Of a stretch of 32,000 nucleotides of DNA, positions 1-6,986 are shown in pieces. Where the stretch lies: NCBI GenBank assembly GCA_017475605.1, contig JAFVFD010000005.1:1-32000 (forward strand). The letters run 5' to 3'. The number at the start of each line of letters is the position of its first letter. Within the stretch, counting starts at the first letter, position 1. Made by a program: the position numbers and the translations under genes. The notes under the pieces are model-generated. The model saw nothing but the letters and a program-made list of their open reading frames with translations. It searched no databases and was not told the origin of the DNA. The DNA comes from Alphaproteobacteria bacterium. Lineage in GTDB: Bacteria; Pseudomonadota; Alphaproteobacteria; Rs-D84.

Positions 1-1
1 C

Positions 2-223
2 AAAGCAACAGCAGCGGCATCCGTTGATGCATTCATCAACACAGTTACAAAAGTTCTGAAGAAGAAAGGCGACGTTCGCTTGGTTGGCTTCGGCACATTT
101 ACAACTGCAAAACGCAAAGCAACAACTGGCCGTAATCCTCAAACAGGCGCTGCAATCAAAATCCCAGCATCTGTTCAGCCTAAATTCAAACCAGGTAAAG
201 CTTTGAAAGATGCTTTGAACTAA
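2..223 (+). CDS. hup: HU-family nucleoid-associated DNA-binding protein, 5' end cut by the window edge
   Basis: Frame 2 reads ...GDVRLVGFGTFTTAKRKATTGRNPQTGAAIKIPASVQPKFKPGKALKDALN*. This is the conserved HU/IHF beta-arm signature (GFGxF..R.GRNPxTG..I.I). It is absent from the ORF track because no start codon lies in the window. Confidence 0.93.
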   Translation, partial: KATAAASVDAFINTVTKVLKKKGDVRLVGFGTFTTAKRKATTGRNPQTGAAIKIPASVQPKFKPGKALKDALN

Positions 224-244
224 ACTGATTTTGTTTTAGTGTTT

Positions 245-287
245 AAAATCGGATTACCAATTGGCAATCCGATTTTTTTATTTTTTC
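245..287 (+). terminator. Rho-independent terminator after hup
   Basis: Stem AAAATCGGATT (245-255) pairs with AATCCGATTTT (266-276), followed by a T-run (TTTTTTTATTTTTT). Confidence 0.75.
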
Positions 288-290
288 CGC

Positions 291-319
291 TTTACTTGAA
301 AAATAATATTGCCTACAAT
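291..319 (+). promoter_or_regulatory. Candidate sigma70 promoter for the 348-821 gene
   Basis: TTTACT (291-296), 17-bp spacer, TACAAT (314-319). AAGGA Shine-Dalgarno just before ATG 348. Confidence 0.45.
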
Positions 320-347
320 CAGGCCGTAAAGAAAAAAAGGAAAAACA

Positions 348-821
348 ATGCCAACAAAATCAACAAAAAAACCTGCGACAAAATCAGTCGCCAAAAAAGC
401 ACCTGTAAAAAAGACAACTAAACGGGCGGTTAAATCTGCACCGGTCGCGGCACAGCAACCGGCCGCAACGACCGAAATTCCGATGACAACAACATGCTGC
501 TGCCATTGTACACGTCGTAAAAAATTCTTTTATTTAATCGTTACATTCATTTTAGGTATTTTGGTTGGCCAGTTATTCTGCTGCTGTGGCCATCAAAAAC
601 ATCCACGCGTTCACTTTGTAAACGGCTGTGTTGATGTTACATCGGTCAAGTGTCCAAAAATGTTGGAACAATTGCCAACAATGGATGCGAACAATGACGG
701 TTGTATCACGCGTGCCGAATTGCGTGCGGCGAAACGCGCGATGCGTCATCAAAAGGAAGTATCGGTTGCCGAACAACCAGAAGTCAATGTTGACGATGCA
801 ATCGCACCAGTTATGGAATAA
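348..821 (+). CDS. Single-pass membrane protein: lysine-rich histone-H1-like N-tail, CCC-flanked TM helix, C-terminal EF-hand loop
   Basis: 157 aa. N-terminus is MPTKSTKKPATKSVAKKAPVKKTTKRAVK. TM segment FFYLIVTFILGILVGQLF lies between TTCCCHC and FCCCG. DANNDGCITRAEL (nt 684-722) matches the canonical 12-residue EF-hand loop. Good SD. Confidence 0.8.
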   Translation: MPTKSTKKPATKSVAKKAPVKKTTKRAVKSAPVAAQQPAATTEIPMTTTCCCHCTRRKKFFYLIVTFILGILVGQLFCCCGHQKHPRVHFVNGCVDVTSVKCPKMLEQLPTMDANNDGCITRAELRAAKRAMRHQKEVSVAEQPEVNVDDAIAPVME

Positions 822-831
822 TAATTATTTC

Positions 832-868
832 AAAAAAATTACACCGCCATTTTGGCGGTGTTTTTATT
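832..868. terminator. Bidirectional Rho-independent terminator (348-821 gene / xerC-like gene)
   Basis: Hairpin ACACCGCC-ATTTT-GGCGGTGT (841-861), with an A-run on the left and a T-run on the right. It sits at a convergent gene junction. Confidence 0.8.
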
Positions 869-1790
869 CGTCATCAATTTCTTCCGATGCGCGTGGATGG
901 GCGTGCATATAAATATTACTTATTTCCGCCATATTCACACGGGTATATAATTGGGTCGTGGAAAGCGATGCATGCCCCAATAATTCCTGAAGCGACCGCA
1001 GGTCCGCCCCACCCGCCAACAGCGCGGTTGCAAATGTGTGGCGCAACGCGTGTGGTGTTACATAGTCCGGCAACTGTAAATAATGGCGCAAATGTTCAAC
1101 AACCTTTTCAGCCATACGCGGCGACATAGGCAGCCCCCGCACACTGCGGAATAATTCATCGTCGGGCGCATTACCAAACGGACGAATCGCAACATATTTT
1201 TCAATCGCATCATAGACCGCCGGCAACACCGGAACGATTCTTTCTTTGTTCCCCTTGCCCAATATGCGCAGTATCTCTGGCCGCCCGCGCACATCGGCAT
1301 TTTTCAACGACAATGCTTCGGATATTCGCAGACCACACCCGAAAATAAGTACCACCAACGCCCAATCACGCGCCGCGATCCATGGATTGTCGCCCTCGGT
1401 TTCCATGATTGCGGTTTTCATATTACTTACATCGGCGGGTTCAATGGCCTTGGACAATTTACGTGGAACCTTGGGCGAAGAAATAAGGCCAATCGCATCA
1501 TTTTTAATATTGTGATGCCGCGCCATATATTTATAGAACCCACGCAGCGACGACAATGCCCGCGCCGTAGATTTATGCGCCAAACCACGACGGGCGCGAT
1601 CCGCCAAATACGACCGAAAAGAAATCGTATCTGCGCGCGCCATATCCCCCAACGCAACATCCCCACCGATAAACCGTTCGTAAAATTTCAAAAAGTCGCG
1701 AATATCCGTTTCATAGGCCGTTGCCGTATGTTCGGAATAGTTTTTTGTTCCGATTAAATATTCTATAAATTCGCCGACTATTTCATTCAT
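864..1790 (-). CDS. xerC: Tyrosine site-specific recombinase, XerC/XerD family
   Basis: 308 aa. Catalytic region ...GLRISEAL...HALRHTFATALL...LQELLGHASLSTTQLYTRV (R..H-x-x-R..H..Y). N-terminal core-binding domain present. Its ATG overlaps the upstream SIMPL stop (ATGA). Confidence 0.9.
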   Translation of the reverse strand: MNEIVGEFIEYLIGTKNYSEHTATAYETDIRDFLKFYERFIGGDVALGDMARADTISFRSYLADRARRGLAHKSTARALSSLRGFYKYMARHHNIKNDAIGLISSPKVPRKLSKAIEPADVSNMKTAIMETEGDNPWIAARDWALVVLIFGCGLRISEALSLKNADVRGRPEILRILGKGNKERIVPVLPAVYDAIEKYVAIRPFGNAPDDELFRSVRGLPMSPRMAEKVVEHLRHYLQLPDYVTPHALRHTFATALLAGGADLRSLQELLGHASLSTTQLYTRVNMAEISNIYMHAHPRASEEIDDE

Positions 1791-2551
1791 TTGACTTCAA
1801 ATACCGCGGACACCGAAACAGACACATCTGTATCTTTTGATACCAATGCGCCACCAACATCCATTGCGCTTTCCGCGACCGCCCCCATTGCCATCATACG
1901 TGGCGCGATATTTTTATACATGGTTGTGTTTGTCGCACTGGTTTCGTACGATACAGACAACATTTTACCGGCCCGTCTTTTGTCGCCCGCCGCCAACGCA
2001 TTTGCGCGAACGCGCGCATTTTCAACGGCAACACCCAAACATTTTTCCATTATCGGCTTTAAAACCTCGGCACTGGTGTACATACGCAGGTTTTCAGAAA
2101 ACACATTGTCGGCCCCTGCAAATTCGTTCAACACACTTTCAATTGTTTCAATACTTTTTGCCGAAATTTCCACCGCGATAGTGGTTTCGATTCCCAACGA
2201 AATTGACTTTTGTAAATCGCGGTTCCATTCTGTTTTTTCATAGGAATTAAACTCTGTGGTCTGCATTTGCGCATCGTCCAGGGTCTTTACGAAATCGGTA
2301 ATTTTTGCGACCGTTGCGGTTGCCTGCTTCATAGATTTTGCCGCAGATTTATCTAATGTTGTAACCCGTAAAGTAATTGCGGTTTTATCGCGTGGCGCGG
2401 TGGTAAGGCATTCGCCCCGTACCGCAATTGTGCGCGGATTTGATGGCGCACGTAATCCAATTACCAACAATGCCAATATCGCCGCCGCACCAACAACAGA
2501 CAAAAACCACACACCCGCCACAGTTAATTTAACGGTTTTCATAATTTTCAT
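1787..2551 (-). CDS. SIMPL/DUF541-like exported protein (family assignment tentative)
   Basis: 254 aa with an N-terminal signal/anchor (VAGVWFLSVVGAAAILALLVIGL). Composition and the C-terminal ...VSVSVSAVFEV are typical of SIMPL-domain periplasmic proteins. AGGAGAG SD precedes the start. Confidence 0.8.
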   Translation of the reverse strand: MKIMKTVKLTVAGVWFLSVVGAAAILALLVIGLRAPSNPRTIAVRGECLTTAPRDKTAITLRVTTLDKSAAKSMKQATATVAKITDFVKTLDDAQMQTTEFNSYEKTEWNRDLQKSISLGIETTIAVEISAKSIETIESVLNEFAGADNVFSENLRMYTSAEVLKPIMEKCLGVAVENARVRANALAAGDKRRAGKMLSVSYETSATNTTMYKNIAPRMMAMGAVAESAMDVGGALVSKDTDVSVSVSAVFEVK

Positions 2552-2571
2552 ATTCTCTCTCCTTTTTCAAT

Positions 2572-3624
2572 CTAGTCAAAATAATTAAGTCGCATCGCAC
2601 GTTTAACGTCGGCTAATGTTTCCGCCGCAACCGCGCGTGCGCGTTCGGTGCCGTTACGCAGTATTTCCATAACAGATGCCGTATCACGCGCCAACATTTC
2701 GCGTTTTTCACGAATTGGTTTTAATGTTTCCTGTAATACGGAATTAAGAAACTTTTTCACCTTGACATCGCCCAGGCCCCCACGTTCATAATGCGCCGCC
2801 AATTCTTCGTAATTCGCATATTCGGGTAAAAATGCCGCAAAATGTTCTGGCTTGGCAAATACTGATAAATATATAAACACCGGGTTATCACGTGTATTAC
2901 CGGGATCTTCCACCCGCAGATGTTTTGGGTCTGTGAACATAGACTTCACACGCGCCGCAATTTCATCGGCGGAATCTTTTAAATAAATACAGTTCCCCAA
3001 CGACTTGCTCATTTTCGCATTACCGTCGGTTCCCGGCAAACGTGCCGCCAAACTTGATTCCGGCATAACAATCTTGACAGGTTTTAATACTTCGCCATAT
3101 ATGGAATTAAATTTGTGTACTATTTCATTTGTCTGTTCAATCATAGGCGCCTGGTCATCACCGGCGGGAACGATATTCGCGCGGAACGCGGTTATATCAG
3201 ATGCCTGGGATATTGGATAGGTCAAAAACCCAACCGGCAAACCATTTGCGAATTTTTCTTTTTGGGCGATTTCACCTTTGACCGTTGGATTGCGTTGCAG
3301 GCGCGCGACCGTTACCAAATTCATATAGTAAAATGTTAATTCTGTTAATTCCGGCACCGCAGATTGAATAAACATTGTTGTTTTGGTCGGGTCATAACCC
3401 GCCGCCAACATATCAAGCGCAACCTCCATCACATTTCTGCGAACTTTTTCTGGGTCATCAAAATTATCGGTTAAACCCTGGGCATCGGCAATCATGGCAT
3501 ACATATGCGCATAACCGCCCGCGTTTTGAATCGCGACATTATTTACCAATGCACCGCAATAATGCCCAATGTGTAATGGCCCGGTTGGACGCACCCCTGT
3601 TAAAATAATTTTTTCATCTGACAT
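2572..3624 (-). CDS. trpS: Tryptophan--tRNA ligase
   Basis: 350 aa. Class I motifs TGPLHIGHY (HIGH) and KMSKSLGN (KMSKS), with TrpRS-like length and layout. Confidence 0.95.
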   Translation of the reverse strand: MSDEKIILTGVRPTGPLHIGHYCGALVNNVAIQNAGGYAHMYAMIADAQGLTDNFDDPEKVRRNVMEVALDMLAAGYDPTKTTMFIQSAVPELTELTFYYMNLVTVARLQRNPTVKGEIAQKEKFANGLPVGFLTYPISQASDITAFRANIVPAGDDQAPMIEQTNEIVHKFNSIYGEVLKPVKIVMPESSLAARLPGTDGNAKMSKSLGNCIYLKDSADEIAARVKSMFTDPKHLRVEDPGNTRDNPVFIYLSVFAKPEHFAAFLPEYANYEELAAHYERGGLGDVKVKKFLNSVLQETLKPIREKREMLARDTASVMEILRNGTERARAVAAETLADVKRAMRLNYFD

Positions 3625-3704
3625 AATACAAAAACCTTTTTACTTTTCGTAATTTTAATTGAAAAAACCCCAAAAATAAAGATAAAAATACTGGTTGTTA
3701 TGGG

Positions 3705-3739
3705 TATAAAAACACCGCCATTTTGGCGGTGTTTTTATT
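3705..3739 (-). terminator. Rho-independent terminator ending the licD/tagD-like transcription unit
   Basis: Hairpin ACACCGCC-ATTTT-GGCGGTGT (3712-3732) with flanking A/T runs. It shares a 28-nt identity with the terminator at 841-868. Confidence 0.75.
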
Positions 3740-4124
3740 TCGTTTTTATAAATTGTTTTATCAATGTACTGCTTATATTTGGGGAACGCGGTAGATATAC
3801 AACACGACACAGGTCCGACAGATCATCAAACTTTCCACGCCAATCGTCCCCTATGACAAAAATATCAGCACCATATTTTACAATATCTTCGCGTTTTTGT
3901 TCCCAGGTACGTTCTGGAAAGATTAAATCAACATATTTTATTCCGCGCAGTATATTTTCCCGTTCGGCATAATTAAACACGCTTGTTTTACCCTTAATCG
4001 CGTTAAATTCATCGGTGGACAGCCCCACCCCCAACCAATCGCCCATTGCGCGCGCGCGTTGCAACAGCAACATGTGTGCCCAATGGAATGTATCAAATGT
4101 GCCGTATGTTAAAACACGTGTCAT
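3735..4124 (-). CDS. Small cytidylyltransferase, glycerol-3-phosphate cytidylyltransferase (TagD)-like
   Basis: 129 aa counted from MTRVLTYGTFDTFHWAHMLLLQRA (HxxH nucleotidyltransferase motif), with a C-terminal RSPNISST (RTxGISTT-like) motif. The longer ORF to 4229 overlaps licD and is rejected. The start lies 1 nt after the licD stop. Confidence 0.85.
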   Translation of the reverse strand: MTRVLTYGTFDTFHWAHMLLLQRARAMGDWLGVGLSTDEFNAIKGKTSVFNYAERENILRGIKYVDLIFPERTWEQKREDIVKYGADIFVIGDDWRGKFDDLSDLCRVVYLPRSPNISSTLIKQFIKTK

Positions 4125-4125
4125 T

Positions 4126-5088
4126 TTAATCCCCTGCGATAAATGTTTTAAGTTGTTCAAGTTCCTCCCACGTGAAAGATGCCCCGCTGTGTCTGTTAAA
4201 TTCGGGCTTAAATGCATGCCAGTCGCCAAACCGCGTAGTCAGCCACGCATCAACATTATTTGGTGCGGGGAACTTATATCCACAAAACTCTATTTCGCCC
4301 AACGGGAAAATATATTCCCGACGAAACGGCCGTTTATGATAGAAATGCGCGGCGCGTTCTGGGAACGTTTGCCAATCGATTGCTTCAAATATATCGCCAT
4401 TTTCAAAATCGGGTTCATTATTTTCCATAATCATATTATCACGAATCTGGGTATAAGAACTGTATTCGCATTCTGGTTCGTAATCGATATATTGTTCCGC
4501 ATGTTTCATATCGCTTTCCAGTTTGCGCGCCATATGCATCGCATTCACATATTTTTCATCAAACGCGTCCATTTCATCACGCGACATACGGGTGTAATAT
4601 GTGTCCCATGGGAACAAATCGACACATATTTTTTTCATATAGACAACTTTGAATATACGGCCACTTATACCCCATTTGGTTTCGAAATCACCATTGTTAA
4701 ATTCGGCCTTTAAAACATCCACCGCGCGTTCAAAATCATTCCGCATAAGGCAAATATCCGCATCATCATCCCATGGTATAAAATCGCCGGTTCGTGCCGC
4801 CCCCAGCAAATTTCCATAGCCCAAGAAATATTGAATACCGTTTTTGCGCAAAACCGCGTCTATCAGCCGTAATAATTTCAACACCGCCATTTGTTTTATT
4901 CGCAAATGCCCACTTGCCACAGGCAGTGCATTTACATCACAATCAAACGAATAAAGACCCGTCATATGTTTGCGATTATCCATAATCTCGTTGATAATAA
5001 AGTTTAATTTTGTATCAACGGTGCGATAAAAATCACTTATATAACCAAAAATCTCGTCATTTGTTTTCATAAAGACACCCTGGCGCAT
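4126..5088 (-). CDS. licD: LicD-family phosphotransferase (CDP-alcohol dependent; phosphocholine, glycerol- or ribitol-phosphate transfer)
   Basis: 320 aa. LicD-type core ...YFLGYGNLLGAARTGDFIPWDDDADICL... An alternative, better-RBS start is at 5070 (MKTNDEIF). Confidence 0.85.
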   Translation of the reverse strand: MRQGVFMKTNDEIFGYISDFYRTVDTKLNFIINEIMDNRKHMTGLYSFDCDVNALPVASGHLRIKQMAVLKLLRLIDAVLRKNGIQYFLGYGNLLGAARTGDFIPWDDDADICLMRNDFERAVDVLKAEFNNGDFETKWGISGRIFKVVYMKKICVDLFPWDTYYTRMSRDEMDAFDEKYVNAMHMARKLESDMKHAEQYIDYEPECEYSSYTQIRDNMIMENNEPDFENGDIFEAIDWQTFPERAAHFYHKRPFRREYIFPLGEIEFCGYKFPAPNNVDAWLTTRFGDWHAFKPEFNRHSGASFTWEELEQLKTFIAGD

Positions 5089-5240
5089 TTAAGAATTAAC
5101 TGTACGAAAAACGTACCACATCAATTACGCCAAGTCAAGACAGGCACCCAACAAAAGTTTTAATTAACTACCTAAATAATAATAACAATTTTCACTTATT
5201 GTGAATGTACCCTTGGAATCGGTCATTGTCCCCGTCAACA

Positions 5241-5591
5241 TTACGACCCCGTCCAATAACAATCTTCACCACTGGTATAGTAAAACGTACCCTTGGTATC
5301 AGTATAGCTATCGTCCCCGTACATATAGCAAGATTCTTTAAATCTATGTGGAGCAGAGGACATCTGGGCATTACTAATCGTTAAAGACAATGGTTTCGCC
5401 ATACCCCCGCCCCGCTGTGATATAAGGCCCTCGGTCGGACACGCATGACAATAAGAATCTGTTGCGCTTTCCGCATAATATCCACTGTTACAACTGCGCG
5501 TTGTACCGGAAACCGAACATTCCGCAAATGCATTATTTGATGTGTACAACAATAAGAATGTACAAAACACACTTAATTTTAATCTTGCCAT
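5241..5591 (-). CDS. Small exported Cys-rich protein (GCC2/GCC3- or TNFR-like C..GYY..C..CP module)
   Basis: ATG at 5591 with an AAGGGGA SD; the track's TTG start at 5612 is less likely. Signal peptide MARLKLSVFCTFLLLYTSNNAFA. Mature part has 6 Cys, including CNSGYYAESATDSYCHACP. Confidence 0.75.
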   Translation of the reverse strand: MARLKLSVFCTFLLLYTSNNAFAECSVSGTTRSCNSGYYAESATDSYCHACPTEGLISQRGGGMAKPLSLTISNAQMSSAPHRFKESCYMYGDDSYTDTKGTFYYTSGEDCYWTGS

Positions 5592-5650
5592 TGTTATTTT
5601 CCCCTTTAACAAATTCTTGTTATACCTTGTTTACCTGTGGTTCTTAACCC

Positions 5651-6628
5651 CTAGGTTTGACATTCACCCACCTTATAGCACGTCTGCCCAATCAGCCCAA
5701 AATCCGACCACCCCCAACCTTGTGTACTGGAATTGCATTGACCGGTGGCATATGGGGCAGAACAAGACCCATACACTGATGTAACCTTTACAGTTGTTGT
5801 TCCGTCGCCGGTTGTCGAGGCAGCCCTTGTACATGTATCGCCCGATGCGGTCCACCCAGATGGGCATGGCACACGATAATATGCATCAAAAAGGCAACAA
5901 TACCCCCCAGTCGATGTAGAAACCGAGTTTTCACAATCTGGCTCGGTTCGATATAAACGTTTGGTGCTGGTTGTACTGGTATAGACATCCGACCAATCAA
6001 CAATGGTTATATTTCTACCAACACCAAACTTACAAAACCCCTGGGCATAGGCTGAACATCCTTCGTTGACCCCAGCAATAGGTCCAGAGCTCCCGCTTCT
6101 TTGGCACGTGTAATATGAATATGTATTGGAACAACCATCTACACTAAGGGTAGCAGACGTTTTCGTATAACCGTCACTACATACGGAACATGTACGAACA
6201 CAATATGACCCAAAACACTTATCTTTACCGTATGTTTTACAACCGAGAATAGTTGCATTTGCGGCGGTCTGACACGTAGAACTGCTGTAACTTTTTACGT
6301 TACAAGTTGTACTAGGACCTTCGAGTGTACAATAATGCAACGTTATATTACCGCAATCGGGGTCATTATATGTATATGGCGTAAGCACACCGAGTTCGCA
6401 GATTCCTGCATCAGAAATTGCCCCACCACATGATAAATAACATCTATTACCCCATTTGACAGTACCCCAATTAGAACAATTTGCCCGCCCCCCAGGAAGA
6501 ACATCAAGTTGTGTATCATCAGCATTACAAGACCCGATATAACACACATATGCTTTCGCGGTATTGGTAAAAAATGGTGCCACCGCCAGTATACACCCAA
6601 ACCACAATACCCGTAATATCCGATTCAT
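5651..6628 (-). CDS. Exported, extremely Cys-rich and S/T/G/Y-rich protein of unknown function
   Basis: 325 aa. Signal peptide MNRILRVLWFGCILAVAPFFTNTAKA. 28 Cys in the mature part by hand count. AAGGGGGA SD. A 38-nt gap separates it from the next Cys-rich gene. Confidence 0.85.
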   Translation of the reverse strand: MNRILRVLWFGCILAVAPFFTNTAKAYVCYIGSCNADDTQLDVLPGGRANCSNWGTVKWGNRCYLSCGGAISDAGICELGVLTPYTYNDPDCGNITLHYCTLEGPSTTCNVKSYSSSTCQTAANATILGCKTYGKDKCFGSYCVRTCSVCSDGYTKTSATLSVDGCSNTYSYYTCQRSGSSGPIAGVNEGCSAYAQGFCKFGVGRNITIVDWSDVYTSTTSTKRLYRTEPDCENSVSTSTGGYCCLFDAYYRVPCPSGWTASGDTCTRAASTTGDGTTTVKVTSVYGSCSAPYATGQCNSSTQGWGWSDFGLIGQTCYKVGECQT

Positions 6629-6676
6629 TTTTTCCCCCTTTCCATTGGGCCACCAGCCCAGTATTTCCGCGGTGGT

Positions 6677-6702
6677 CGAACCAAAACGGTGGTTTTGATT
6701 CG
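6677..6702. repeat. Left dyad-symmetric recombination-site-like element (site L)
   Basis: CGAACCAAAACG GT GGTTTTGATTCG. 10 of 12 half-site positions are symmetric about a 2-bp core; equivalently, 9 of 10 arm positions about the 6-bp spacer CGGTGG. 6684-6705 is perfectly reverse-complementary to 6760-6781. Confidence 0.7.
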
Positions 6703-6715
6703 GCCATTTTTGGTG

Positions 6716-6745
6716 TTGACAAAGTCCCGAAAAACCGAATAAAAT
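6716..6745 (+). promoter_or_regulatory. Near-consensus sigma70 promoter inside the inverted-repeat cassette, firing rightward
   Basis: TTGACA (6716-6721), 18-bp spacer, TAAAAT (6740-6745). It lies wholly within the 54 bp between the perfect repeat arms. Confidence 0.6.
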
Positions 6746-6762
6746 AGAATCAATTAAGTGGC

Positions 6763-6788
6763 CGAATCAAAACCACCGTTTAAAATCG
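6763..6788. repeat. Right dyad-symmetric recombination-site-like element (site R), an inverted copy of site L
   Basis: CGAATCAAAACC AC CGTTTAAAATCG. The core AC is the reverse complement of the left core GT, so the two sites are in inverted orientation. Confidence 0.7.
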
Positions 6789-6858
6789 GCTGCCTTTATT
6801 TTTAATAACACACTGTATTTACGGTATAATTCGCCGATTTTTTGTTTTTAATTTTTTG
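6782..6858 (+). terminator. Candidate terminator-like stem plus T-run downstream of the cassette promoter
   Basis: AAAATCGGC (6782-6790) pairs with GCCGATTTT (6833-6841), followed by TTGTTTTTAATTTTTTG. The 42-nt loop is long, so efficiency is uncertain. Confidence 0.3.
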
Positions 6859-6957
6859 TCATTGCGAACGAAGTGAAGCAATCTAGCCACCGACGACCTG
6901 TTAATATGTACACAAGGTTGCATACACATAACATTGGTTCCACGATGTGAAAAATGC

Positions 6958-6986
6958 TTGAATATTCCGACAAGCGCATATAAAAT
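6958..6986 (+). promoter_or_regulatory. Candidate sigma70 promoter proximal to leuS
   Basis: TTGAAT (6958-6963), 17-bp spacer, TAAAAT (6981-6986), about 35 nt upstream of ATG 7021. Confidence 0.55.

Noticed and set aside
864-1790. The XerC-like recombinase as part of a mobile element or integrase island.
   Set aside because: It is translationally coupled to trpS and the SIMPL gene in a housekeeping operon, has no flanking repeats or cargo, and has typical Xer motifs. It is most simply the chromosomal dimer-resolution recombinase, though it is retained as a secondary candidate for the 6677-6788 sites.
6684-6781. The 22-bp inverted repeat interpreted as a Rho-independent terminator or simple attenuator hairpin for leuS.
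   Set aside because: The loop would be 54 nt and contains a full promoter. No T-run follows the right arm. Each arm is itself dyad-symmetric, which a terminator does not need. A MITE or operator-pair explanation remains open and is listed under the finding.
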